Origin: Haplodiscus bocki
Taxonomy: Eukaryota
Length of the DNA stretch: 64,000 nucleotides
Assembly (NCBI GenBank): GCA_965655095.1
Contig: OZ296655.1
Coordinates: 39,990,001-40,054,000 of the forward strand
Reading direction: 5' to 3'
Position 1 is the first letter of the stretch, and each line of letters opens with the position of its first letter. Made by a program: the position numbers and the translations under genes. This document shows, one piece after another, positions 38,161 to 49,819 of the stretch. Below the pieces are notes generated by a model. The model searched no databases. It saw nothing but the letters and a program-made list of their open reading frames with translations, and had not been told where the DNA came from.

Positions 38161-38781
38161 TTAATTGAAAGTAACAGTAACGGTAATGTTACTCCGGGCA
38201 ATCCGTCCTGCAGGACGTTGATCTTGCGACGACCGTTTAGTCTGTGAACGTCGATTCAACAGCTTTCGCAGATCGGTTTCGTTCCGGAGTACGGTCCGTA
38301 ACAAACTTCGTTCGGTATCGGTACGAGGATGAAGGGTCGTGAGGTCACTCCGAATAGCGAAGTTACGGCGTTTCTTCGGTGACAGTAGTTTTCCCACCGG
38401 TAAGATCAAAATGCCCGATGAGCACAGCTGCCGAAACACGTATGGAGTTTTTTCACGCTGAATATAGACAATGGCGGCTATCCGGTGTCTATGTCTTGCT
38501 AGTATGTGCAAGAGCTGCTGAACGGAACACGCGTTATAGTTGTTGCTACGGTGACTTGAAAGCGTGTTATTAATCAGATCGTGCCAAATCACGATATCGG
38601 CTCGATGCCGCAAGCAACCGGTGCTTAGCAAATTGTCTAAATTTTTCAAGTAGTTTCGCGCGTTCGGGTTGAAACTTAACCCGGGAGTGGCAAAAGTTCT
38701 CGCAAGCAACCTCCGCCGAAGCCTAAACGGTGAATCGTCAACTGCGTACCGAAGTGAACTAGCGCCGATTACATAGACCAT
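38161..38781 (-). CDS. Intact 206-aa SGNH/GDSL hydrolase-like accessory ORF upstream of BEL gag
   Basis: MVYVIGASSL (block I, G-x-S), TPGL (block II Gly), DIVIWHDLINN (block III Asn), DLTTLHP (block V His); basic C-terminal tail; same strand and GC level as the element. Confidence 0.65.
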   Translation of the reverse strand: MVYVIGASSLRYAVDDSPFRLRRRLLARTFATPGLSFNPNARNYLKNLDNLLSTGCLRHRADIVIWHDLINNTLSSHRSNNYNACSVQQLLHILARHRHRIAAIVYIQREKTPYVFRQLCSSGILILPVGKLLSPKKRRNFAIRSDLTTLHPRTDTERSLLRTVLRNETDLRKLLNRRSQTKRSSQDQRPAGRIARSNITVTVTFN

Positions 38782-39914
38782 AGGACTTTCGGGAGTTTTG
38801 CTGCCCCAATTTCAATCATTTTTCTTACATTTTTTGGGTGAGATAGATGTTCTGATGAATCATGTTCTGACATGCTTTGCGTTTTTCATTACGCTTAGAA
38901 TTGAATATAGAAAGTCATATTATATTCAAAACCATTCAAGTAGTTCAAACACTTCAAGTTATGTACTTTCAATACGATCAGTTTTATTCCCACGCCACAA
39001 TATTTGATTAAGTTTAGAAATATCTGCAAACAAATTGGCATTCTTGCCAGAAAACGGGAGCCGAAGTTTTTTGTTGAAAATCATGACAATAGGATGCTTA
39101 TCACCTTTTTTGACAGAAGCGAAGCTGCGCTTCGCAACACTCGCAGCAACGGAAAACTAACAAATCAACCAATTACAACTGATTTTTAAAGGGGCCACGG
39201 TACTACAAAACTATTGATTAAACAGAAATTTAAATCAATCCTCAAAAATTTATAGTGTAAAAGTTCGAACGACTATACACTTAATTCGCTTTAGTTTTGA
39301 AACAAGCGCGCAAACTGGGCCAGCTGAACGATTTTCTGCAAGTGAGCGAGAGCGCATGAACAAAATCTAGGCAAAATTGGAATGTAGGAACAAAAAAACA
39401 AACGCGAGTTCTGAACGGATCGGAAAACAAAGTGTCAAAAACCTGTGATATAGCACTTGCTTGTGCAAGTGTAAGCATATATGAATATTTTGAACACAAT
39501 ATTCATTTTGACCCTGTTGAAAGACAGAGAGCCCAATTTTCTGAGCGACTTTGACACTTCCAGAAAACATTTATTGGTCTACATCAACGCCATCCCAGTT
39601 TTTCTTCGCTCAAGCAACATATCACTTTCTATTAATCTTGAACTAATAATGACTTCACGATCAATACCCTGAGCAAACACAATTGGCGGACTTTCGTGGT
39701 ATTTCTTGTCGTAGACTCGGCCTTGCCTTTGACATTGCTCCTTAAAAGTTTTTCAAAATTTTTTCATGCAAATTAATCCAATTAGGCTAATATTTCATCG
39801 ATACACAAAATGATATGTTAACAGCAAAAAGCATAAAAAGTGACCATAACTGTATCAGGAGGTATTTTCTTCTTTCACGTTATTCCGTTGAATTGTAACT
39901 ATGAAATGATATTA

Positions 39915-41618
39915 TTACTCAAGTGCATCTGCGTAGCCTGTTTCCATGGCAATTTGAGAACTAGATCTCATTTTGGAAGCTGCCAGTTCTGACCTTCGAA
40001 GGTAATCAATATCTAAAGGATCATAGTCCTGGATATCTGCGGAATTTTCATTGCCGAAATCGCCACCGATAGGGGTTGCATTCGGAGACTGATTTAGGGT
40101 GTTTCTTTTGCCTCTGGGTACGTACATCCGGTTCGATTGGTTGCGGTCAGTATTTTGGGGAAGGGTGCCTCCATTTTGCAAGCTAGTTTGCGAATCGGCT
40201 CTCAAAAAGGTTTGTCTAGGTCCTGTTTTGACAACCAGTGACATTTCTGAAGCCCGCAAAGCAGCTTGGTGTATGTTGGAAGGTTTCTTGGAATACCGTT
40301 GGTTTGAGTTCGCAAGAGGATCCATTTCAGCCGCGTAGTAATTGTAAAGCCGTTTCTTAGATGACCAATACTTGTAAACAAAAAACAGCACAAGAAAAAT
40401 TAAGATTATTACAAGTAGCGCAAATATTGATGTCATTATGACCCAAATTGCGACATTTTTGAAGTCACCAGATTTGTTAACTAGCATAATGACTAATTGT
40501 TCGCTGTCTGGTTGAATTTGATAGTTGAACTTAAAATCTCCGAGCTGGCTTGATATTGTGTAATGCTCGTTAAGAATAGCTTCTATTATTTGCCGCTTGA
40601 CCAAATTTGATTTCACGCAAAAATTAACTTTTCCGCCATTTTCACCATAAAACATCGGCCGGTAGTTCGTTATGGTAATTGGGTTTTCTTCAGGCGAGCA
40701 AACTCTTATCAACTGACAGAAGTCGTAAATAGCCAAAGAAAGTTCGTGGGTAACTTTGCTGTGATCCTTAATTGAGTTGTCGGAACCGGGAAATATTATT
40801 TCGAAACAAACAGGATCAGTGTTTTCTGAGAGCTGTAAAGAAGTAATGTTGGCATTTAATTGGTTGCCATTTGGATTCTTGGATAAACTTTTCTCAAAAT
40901 CAATCAGAATTTTTTCCAGAAAATGTGCGTTAAAATCAGGATTGTTTATTGACTCGATAGCGAAGTTGAGATACGAATTTGGTGAGAAAGAGAATACAAC
41001 TGTGTTATAGAATCCTTTTAAATCTCGGCTATGACTGAAAGCTTGACCAAAATAAGATTTCACAAGCTGTTCGTAATATCTGTAGAGCGACGAATCGTGG
41101 TTTGATAACTGCAGGTAATAATACGAACTTGGATGTTTTAGGTGCGAAATATTCATACTTCCGTAAATTATATTGTAGTCCGAAGAAAAACAAATATTTA
41201 ACAGGAAATCTTCGTTTTTCTGCAAATTGTCAGAAGCATAATATTCAAGTAAAACGTTAGCACTGAGATCTTTTTTGTAAATATCGATTTTTCCGTTGTT
41301 GTTGAACGCTTCAATTGAAGGTCCTTCCGAGTCTGTATCTGGGGCAGTCCAAGCATTTGCTTCCTGAGTTTTTGTCGGATAAAATATCTGTACTTCGGTA
41401 CTACTTTGTCGATAAAATTTGGTCCTCAAAACTTCAGAAGTTGTGATATTATATTGACACTTCTTTTGAGATCCGTAAACAAGTACTCCATATTTTTGGT
41501 TACGGCATTGGGAATCACATTCACAGCAGACTGCATCCGGAGACCCCAAATTTCTGGGACTCGAAAATAACGCGAGTGGTACCAAAATTAAAGTTAGGAT
41601 AAGGTTGTGACACAACAT
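39915..41618 (-). CDS. Intronless single-pass type I membrane protein, CUB-like plus SEA-like ectodomain (567 aa)
   Basis: Uninterrupted 1.7-kb ORF in AT-rich DNA. Signal peptide LILTLILVPLALFS; CQYNI...VQIF...NVLLEYYASD...EDFLL (CUB-like); LSNHDSSLYRYYEQLVKSYFGQAF...VFSFSPNS (SEA-like); TM VAIWVIMTSIFALLVIILIFLVLFFVY followed by KYWSSKKR; ~150-aa low-complexity cytoplasmic tail. Confidence 0.88.
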   Translation of the reverse strand: MLCHNLILTLILVPLALFSSPRNLGSPDAVCCECDSQCRNQKYGVLVYGSQKKCQYNITTSEVLRTKFYRQSSTEVQIFYPTKTQEANAWTAPDTDSEGPSIEAFNNNGKIDIYKKDLSANVLLEYYASDNLQKNEDFLLNICFSSDYNIIYGSMNISHLKHPSSYYYLQLSNHDSSLYRYYEQLVKSYFGQAFSHSRDLKGFYNTVVFSFSPNSYLNFAIESINNPDFNAHFLEKILIDFEKSLSKNPNGNQLNANITSLQLSENTDPVCFEIIFPGSDNSIKDHSKVTHELSLAIYDFCQLIRVCSPEENPITITNYRPMFYGENGGKVNFCVKSNLVKRQIIEAILNEHYTISSQLGDFKFNYQIQPDSEQLVIMLVNKSGDFKNVAIWVIMTSIFALLVIILIFLVLFFVYKYWSSKKRLYNYYAAEMDPLANSNQRYSKKPSNIHQAALRASEMSLVVKTGPRQTFLRADSQTSLQNGGTLPQNTDRNQSNRMYVPRGKRNTLNQSPNATPIGGDFGNENSADIQDYDPLDIDYLRRSELAASKMRSSSQIAMETGYADALE

Positions 41619-43170
41619 ATTTGAGATACGTAAAGATGAGATAACCTACTGCGCAAATACACAATTGTTGAATTTTTTTCTAAGTAAAGTGAGTCAACAA
41701 GCGAAAAAATTGATGGAAAATGTAACACAATGTATAAAGAGCGTCTTCAAGTTACATTATTCTTAGATTAGATTGTTACGTTTTAAATATAGTAGACTAC
41801 TAGATAGCTATGACTTTTGGTAGTTTGGTCTTACAATTTGGAGCTTTGAAACGAAGTGCGAAAATAAACAGCAAAATTGAAACTTGAGTCTTTTTCGTCC
41901 AAACTATAGCTTGACTTCATTCAACATTGGCAACTACATTGTAGCTAATGAAGTGATTTTGTTCACTATGCATACTCTCTTATACTTTCTAGTTTGTTGC
42001 ACTGCCTTCATTTCACATTTACAGCCTTTCTAATTAGTCATCGGGTGATATTAATGACTTATGTAATCAAACATATTAATGCAATTATTTCCGGCTCAAC
42101 TATACAACCAAATTATGAAACTTTCAAGGCTTCTTCAGAAGCTACCATTATAATTCAATTATAAGATTAAACTCAACACATGCGTTCACCCGTGAGATAT
42201 AAATAACTTTTAATGAGGCAGTAGTGCCTGCACAAAATCCTTTTGATGGGGGACGAGAGGTCTTAAAAATATCAACTGAAACAATGGAAGAAACAACGAT
42301 CAAAAATACCAAACATACTGGAGCTCAAAATACTGTAGTTTTGTATTTTGTTACTTCAAAGTCAAGTTAAAGAGCTGGCTCAGGCATTAAAACTTAGCAT
42401 TACTTTCAATTCCCCAATTATGTCGACAAATAACCATCTATTCGAACACTCATCATCAGCAATACTCACTGATATAGGTTACAAATGCAGCACTGAATCA
42501 ACAACCACTTTATTGCAGTATAGAGCTTGATGTAGTTACCCCCACCGCATTGGAGCGCTCTTACATGGCTATATTTCACCAAGCGCTAAGAAATTAGCAG
42601 TCAAGAAAATTACAATTGAGCTAACGAAGATTGAGTGACAACCTTGAAAAAGCAGGAAAAAAATGGAAATGAACGAAAGCAGATAGAGACGCTCGTCCAC
42701 TCGGTAAAAATCAATAACAAGACACCTGCCTAGCACCGGGATATTTTCCGCCCTCCAACTTTGTTAAAGATGTCGCTTAGAACGATGAAAGCGTACATTT
42801 TGGAAAAAAAGCTTCATCAAATTTTTAGTTTTTTGAAAATCAAAAAATTCCTGTATTTTCGCGAAACGTTAACAGAGTTGAAAAAGATTTAGAAAAATTC
42901 TGCAGCAAATGTGTCACCTTTACTGAATTCAAAAGAAATTCAAGTTTCTTTGGTTCCGTACGTATTTGAGAAATCTTTCTATTTCACTTCCATTTTACGG
43001 CAAATATCGACTGGAATATTTTGAGAAAGGAAAAATATTTTTAGTGAAAAATAGATTTTTTCCCTGAATTTTAACAAAAAAGTTTCGAACTTTTGGCGAA
43101 AAATTTTAAGCAGGGTTGTCCAAACTGCAACCTACATCACCAAAGGAACATTTTGAGGAAAAATAATTTA

Positions 43171-43303
43171 CTTACCACCTTAATAACCTTACTAACCTTA
43201 TTAAACTTACTAACCTTATTAACCTTACCAACCTCGCTAACCGCGCCAACTTCGCTAACCTCGCCAACCTACCAACCTAACTACCTACATATCTACCTAC
43301 CTA
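43171..43303. repeat. 9-bp-period low-complexity array (CTAACCTTA / CTAACCTCG / CTAC), probably inside a non-autonomous repeat at ~42.7-43.4 kb
   Basis: Direct reading; explains the LT-rich ORF 43093..43527. Confidence 0.8.
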
Positions 43304-44436
43304 ATTTCTCCCAAACGGGAACATTTTCCTCCAACATCGTTTTGAGTGTGAACGCAATTGGCAAACATCAGGTAAAAAAACGCACCCATTTGAGAGGAAG
43401 ATTTTGCTTTTATATTCTCAAGAATATGGCGCAAAATAATATTACTGTAAACCGCAGACCATGTCACTCTTTCACCTCAGAGGCTGCATGCCCGGAATCG
43501 AATTCCAAAACTCGAAGAAAAAAGTAGAATCAATAGGCCTAATTTAATTACTGAATTCTTAAACAATCAACTAATACCTAGGCTAAAGTGACTTTCTACC
43601 TCTTAATTCAATACGGAATTTTTGCACTCAACCCTCAAAGTATTGGCAAACAATCTGTTTCCTATCAATTTAGGATCTGCTAATATTCATGTTGGGCTAG
43701 GACTCATCATTTCAGGATTTCATCATAAATTGGCCAACCTAGAATTACAGTAAAATATCGTGCACATTGTCTTGAAAAGCATTTTTTGGAACCGAACTGA
43801 AATAATCATTGATTTATGAAAATCTTCACTGCATTCTTTTGAAATAAACTTGATTTTTAAATCGACAAATCTCATCTGCAACTTCAGAAGCGACTACCTT
43901 GTTGAAGTAAAGCATGGAACTGAAAAAAAAAGATCCATTAGAGGACTTATCGACAAAATTTGATACATTTACAATTACGATGTACGTTGTTTTAAACGAG
44001 CATATCTAGAAAACTTATACTATCAATTTTTCGATGATCACATTGTATTTTCAAGACAGTTGGTTACAAAGTTGTTTAGGAGTGACAAAAGGTAGAATTT
44101 GAAAAATATTGTATTTATTGAAGTTAAACTAACGGAAGAATAAAACATAAATTCACGCTTCATTTCAAAAAATATATTTACATATCGAAAATAGTTCATT
44201 GTTAGTCCATACAAAGCGCCGGCTTTCGATCAGGGCCATTAATGGTCATTCGCAAGAACCCTTTGTTGTGAAACAGCTTTTTCCATCCAAACCAACTTTT
44301 ATCCTATTCTTCATTTTATTCAGCTGCATTTTCCACAAAGTGCAAGCATTCCTCGTACAAACAATTGAACCGTTTAAAATCGGGGCTACTCTCGGACTAC
44401 CCCAAGCAATCTAGTCAATGGATACACAATGATGGT

Positions 44437-44576
44437 TCACACAAAAACTGGCAATCCTCGGTACAGCCTGTAATAAACTCGCATTCTCCCAGCCTCTGTT
44501 AGATTGTCCGAATCGATGAATTTGACAACAATTCTGTCCACATAAAATGTCTCACCACTTTCCTTCTTGAAAAAAT
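44437..44576 (-). CDS. MTRES1: MTRES1/C6orf203-like gene, exon 2
   Basis: Preceded by polypyrimidine acceptor ttttcccatcttgttccAG. Phase-1 join with exon 1 gives ..NENDQI-DFFKKESGETFYVDRIVVKFIDSDNLTEAGRMRVYYRLYRGLPVFV*, matching the family C-terminal pattern. AATAAA signals downstream (~44315, ~44114). Confidence 0.8.
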
Positions 44577-45519
44577 CTGGAACAAGATGGGAAAAATGTC
44601 TCTAATTTAGTCCCCTGGCGGGGTTCCAACATTAGTTCCAGTGAATTGAAAGACCACTGACTTTTTCGATCAATTTTAAAGTCTGCAAAACAGCCCCCAT
44701 AAGTGATCCATCCATAAAATCTCAACGCAGAGGCGAAGCGGAACTTCGCTACACAATCTGACTCGTCAGTTGAAATCAGGGATCGCCAAAGACATTTGAA
44801 ACCATAATAGGAGATAAGACTGACACTTTTCAGCAGATTGACACTACAGCAGCTATCAATCAAGAATTTATTCGAAAAAGTCAAATTCAGACAAGTACCT
44901 GCCACACTGTATCGTATTGAAAAAATTGATACGTCAATCATGTCTTTTTAGGTTAGGCCATATTGCTGCAGAGTGTTCAAAGGAAATTTTACTAAACGAC
45001 ACGAAAATGAACAAGTGCCTACCAAAAAGAGGCCTTTTTCGACCGTTTACGCTAGATGACTAGACTCGCTGATGATATCAAAAATTCAAGTTCTAGACAA
45101 GATTAAAACAATGCATGAGCCGGTTTCCCATATACAATCAATCGACGACTTTCGGTTTTTACGACGTGTATTTTCACTTCTTTGACTTCGTGCTGCACAA
45201 AGCTAGACTACTGCACATAACTTTCAAAACTATTGACACTTCGATGAATATGCCTTCCAAGCGACGAGCGAACCAGATATGACCCCTTCCCCCCCCCTCC
45301 GAAAAAAGGACCCAAGAAATTGACAGAGACATAAAACCAAATGAACGGTTCATTCAAACTTTTATTCGATGAATCTAATTAATGTTTGCTAAATTCAAGG
45401 AAACTGAAAAAAATCGCCGAGGGAAATTCAGACTAAAATCCGGAGTAATTTGAATTTCGAAGACATTATTCAAGAGTAGTTTAATTGAGACAACACCAGG
45501 AAGGATGGTCTAATGAAAA

Positions 45520-47374
45520 CAGGGTGACCACTCAAAGCTTTTAAAAATAGAGACCTAATTATCCAGTATGAATAGAGACTTAATGGAGACTAAGAAATGT
45601 CTTAAAACTTAAATTAGAGACTAAATAGAGACTTGACAAAAGCACAAAATAAACGTAAAGAATTCAATTTTTTTATTGTTTAAACATATTATCAATTATG
45701 ATATTTGAAATATTGTTTTCAAGAGACTGTGCGGCTTCTGATACCACAGTGAGTCGCTGGCGCTTTGCAAGAAGCGCGTTAACTGCTTCCTCGGCTTTCT
45801 TCAAATCTTCGTCGACTTTGTTGATCTCTTTTGCAACACTTGCACTCCTTTTACGCTCATATATCCCCAGATGTACTTTGATATTTTCCTTCTCCTCTTC
45901 GTCTTGAGGAGTTACACTTTTCATGACATCTTTAACATATTCCGAGCGCGCTTTACGCATCCGAGAGATCAGCTCAGGGGATATACGGAACGTGTCATAT
46001 GATTCTCGGCAAAAATGACTATTGACAAATCGCATACTATCATAAGTGTCTGAATTCAAGTTCGATTGATAAGCTGACTCTGAAAACTTCATTTTACTGA
46101 AACCTGCCTCCACGACCATATTGTGGGGAACTATAATCAGTATCAATTCAACGAGGCGCTTAAGAGAAGGATACATGTCCAAGCTTTGATTCTGCAGCTC
46201 TTCAGAAAGTGAGCTACTGGCAGTGACCATTCTTAGGGCGGTAAATTCATCCAGAACATTGGCGCTGTTCAGCCCAACAGCTACGCTTAGTAAGTTCAGG
46301 TGAGAAATAGATCTATCTGTGTACTGAGCAGTCTTTTTATACATAAAGAAACAGTACCTGACAATCGGGGATGAAAGAAAAGTGTGAAACCGCACAAGCA
46401 GTTTGTCCAGCTGCAACTCAATAAACCGATTCCAGGAGACGATGATATCTTTATTGCTTCAAGATTATCAAGATTATCAAGAGCGCGTTGGACAGTTGAA
46501 TTATCGATGGAATATTGGAGTCCCTTGTTTTTGGCAGGAAATATCTTCGGCTTGCCATTGTCATAAAGATGTCGAAAGAATGAGGCAGGAGACAAAACAA
46601 CGGAGTGACCAAAACGAGCAAGCAATTTGGAAATGAGTTCCAAAACCATTATCAAACACTGATGAAGAGAAATATTTGGGGACTGGACACTTTTTACGAA
46701 ATAGTAGAGTGGAGCGCAATGGACAACAAACTGATCCAAGTGGACGATGAAAGAATCTTTAGTGCACAAGCGAATCAAATCCTGCTCCTTCGATAACATA
46801 ATTATTTTGCGGACAACGGGAAATTGTTGGCATGCTTCGAAATGAGCCCCCGTCCATCACAATACGTAGAACGTGGAAGAACGTTGCCTTCAACTTTTGA
46901 GTTTCCACGTCGTCATTAAGGGACATTGAGGCAACAATTCTGCTTTGATTGATAGACGCGCGAGCAGCTTTAATGTGAATATCTTGCATTTCGTGTTGCG
47001 CCAACTTGCTGGACCCTCAATTAGGAGAAGGAATAAAAAACATTTCGATAAAAAAAACATACAAGTTTTTGAAAAATTAAAGAGCATTAAAAGAAGTACC
47101 TTTTTTGACAGATATAATCTTGTTGTCATTCCGGCAGCGTGCATCACTAGGTGAATCCGGTACAGAGAGCGCCCATGGATATTTACGTTTCATTGTCGCA
47201 TTCGATTGACAAGGCATATCGACAATCTGAAAATGAACAACAATTGCTAGGATCCCAAGAGGATGCAATAACACATTACAAAAATCTGTAAAAAATAGAG
47301 ACTGACAGTAATATAGAGACCAAATAGAGACCTTTAGAGACCAGTCTCTAAATAGAGACCGAGTGGTCACCCTG
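45520..47374 (-). mobile_element. hAT DNA transposon, internally deleted, in the MTRES1 intron
   Basis: Perfect 14-bp TIR CAGGGTGACCACTC (45520-45533 / 47361-47374); perfect 8-bp TSD AATGAAAA (45512-45519 / 47375-47382); subterminal TAGAGAC repeats at both ends. Confidence 0.95.
45673..47217 (-). pseudogene. hAT transposase, intron-containing, catalytic core apparently deleted
   Basis: N-terminal Zn-finger-like YPWA..ARCRND..ISVKKG|..LAQHEMQDIH; C-terminal dimerisation-like YPSLKRLVELILIIVPHNMVVEAGFSKMK. Too short for a full transposase. Confidence 0.75.
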
Positions 47375-48879
47375 AATGAAAATGAGACAGCTGGCTATGG
47401 GAAAAGGAAAATCATTAATGCAAAGCAATTGTATCATTAAAATAGCCACGGTGCTTCTAAAGAGAGAGAAAACCGGAAACGCGAAAATGAACAAGTACTC
47501 ACCACACTGTCTCATACTCGAAAAGTTGATATGTCAATCATGGCTTTCCAGATTACACCTTTTTGTTGCCCAATGTTTAGGAAATTTGCACAGTAAGCAA
47601 CGCGAAAATGAACAAGCACCTGAGCCGAGTTTACACACAGAGGCGAAGCGGAGGCTTCGCAACACTTGTAGACTAGAAAAACTAAACGATTCAAAGTCAG
47701 CTTGTAATAAACTGATTGATAAATTTGAAAGACATATAATGAGCAAAGCACTAAAATTTTAGAAAATTTCAATAACTTAGGATCCATATAATAACTTAGA
47801 AAGTGCTTTGAGCTTTTTAACTGCATTGAGTGGAAGGCAAACGACGACGCCATTAACCCGTAAGAAATCGCGGTAGATTAGGAAGTAGGCCTTTGGCGGG
47901 GCTTGAACATCAAGGTCAGTGTTAAAGTTGATGGATTAAAGTCGCCCTGTTAAGAGTACAAAAAAAATAGGTAATTTGCAGACTTAAGTGCCAAAATTTT
48001 GGACATAAATTTGGCGAACTATTTTCAAAATTAGATCGAAATTCAAGTTTCTTTCGCAAAAAACCGATGACAAAACAACTTTCACAAATTTGCTACATTT
48101 TAGACGCTACATATATTTTAAAAAAATAGGCCTCTGGTGGGCCTCGAACATCGAAGCGAATGATCTAAAAGTGTTGATTTTTTTCAACCGATAAATGAAC
48201 TTTCAGCAAAACTGCTCCATAAACCATCATAAAAAATTCAACAAAAAGCGCAAAATTACTTTTGCGATACCCTTGGATAAAGTTAAAATCTCTGTAAAAA
48301 GAGGAAATTTCACTAACTTTGAATATACAAAAAATTACTAACGTATGACCAAAATTTTCCGTGATACCCCTTTGCAGCTACTAGTGAGACTCACGATACC
48401 CCTCACGATAAACAACAACACTCACGATAAACAACAAAAAATTTAATGTTGGTATGCAGAATCCAAATACCACAATTTTATAAACCTTTTCCATTTTGAA
48501 ATTCATAGTGGATATTTGAGTGGCGGATAATCGAGTCTTGAATTGTACAAAATTACAACGATTTTGACGTTTGTGGCGGATAATCGAGAGTGAAGTTTAC
48601 ATAATTTACAAAGCAATAAAGGCAGTCGGCTGAACTATTTTAGTTTTGCTACAATTTAGCCCCTACAGATGCCTGACAGAGGTCAGGAGGTGCACCTATA
48701 ATATCGAATACCTTCAGTTCTGATAAAAAGGGGGAAGGCATCTCCAATCTTATGGAATACCTCCGGTTCGCTCCGATATAAACTAAGTTTTACAATGTTC
48801 AAGAACCTTTCAATCAAGTTTGATTACTTGTTTAGACGTTTCAGTTAGATATCTTAAAAACATCAATGAACAAACTCAC

Positions 48880-49345
48880 CAATTTGATCATTTTCATTGA
48901 ACTTCTCGGTTTTCTTGGTTACGAGCAAACTATTCCTCAGAAGTTTTTTCTCGTCTATAATGTCTCTAGCTTTTTTGGAGGATACGTTATATACATGTTT
49001 CAACAGATCGTTAAGGCGGTTTTGCTCCACATTCACGCATCGAAACTTGTAAGGATATGACTCGTTCGGATCAGCAGCATCATCAAAAGAATCAAAATTG
49101 AAGTCTTCGTCGAAGACACTATTCGGTTCATTTCCATCTTGAAAGTCATCATCTGACGAAATAAGCCTCTTCAATGTAATTATGTGACAGGAAATACCTG
49201 GGTAACCCATGAATTTTGAAGCCAATCTATCAGGCCGCTTTACTGCACGGAAATCGGGTAACTGTTGGTTGATAAACAACCGTGAATAAAATCGACACCT
49301 TGTACCCGCGAGTATGGCAATCATCCTGAAAAAATAATGTTTCAT
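48880..49345 (-). CDS. MTRES1: MTRES1/C6orf203-like mitochondrial S4-like RNA-binding protein, exon 1
   Basis: Arg-rich, acid-free N-terminus (mitochondrial presequence-like); acidic linker; S4-like NRLNDLLKHVYNVSSKKARDIIDEKKLLRNSLLVTKKTEKFNENDQI; donor G|GTGAGT at 48880/48879. Confidence 0.82.
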
Positions 49346-49819
49346 TCTTCTATCAGTATTTTTTGATCAGTTACAAATAAGTTTTTCCTCGAATTGTGCC
49401 AGTAATAGAAATTGCTCAAAATGCATTTCCATATTGGAAAGAATATTATTTACTCTGAAAAATCTATACATATGCACTTAACATGGAAATTCTCAATCGA
49501 TTTTCAGCCAAGCACCAAACGGGACCCCACAAAAATATTCCTAAACTGGGGAGCACCCTCCAAACAAAGGGTAATCGGACGAAGATGCGTTTGCCAGACA
49601 TTGAACATTAATTTACTTTTGATTTGTTCACATTAAAACTTGGTTTTCAACAGATGGTTGCAAAACTTCTACGATATTTACTAAAATATCAATTAATTAT
49701 AAATCAATCAAATGAAGAGATGAAGTTTCATATCATTAAATGAAATGAGCGATGATGGGAAGCAGAGAACCTAGTCCAAAACCACCGAGGGTCGGGACTA
49801 CTATCCACAGGTTGATGAT

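Larger units (their letters stand above)
30576..38805 (-). mobile_element. BEL/Pao LTR retrotransposon, defective, 5' LTR missing
   Basis: gag-PR-RT-RH-IN order with BEL-specific motifs, PPT followed by a TG...CA 3' LTR, GC-rich relative to flanks. No upstream LTR, PBS or TSD found. Confidence 0.96.

Noticed and set aside
43093-43527. 144-aa ORF with apparent hydrophobic LT repeats
   Set aside because: Produced by a 9-bp low-complexity array.
44552-44941. 129-aa minus-strand ORF as a separate gene
   Set aside because: Mostly intronic repeat sequence; the real exon begins at 44576 in another frame.
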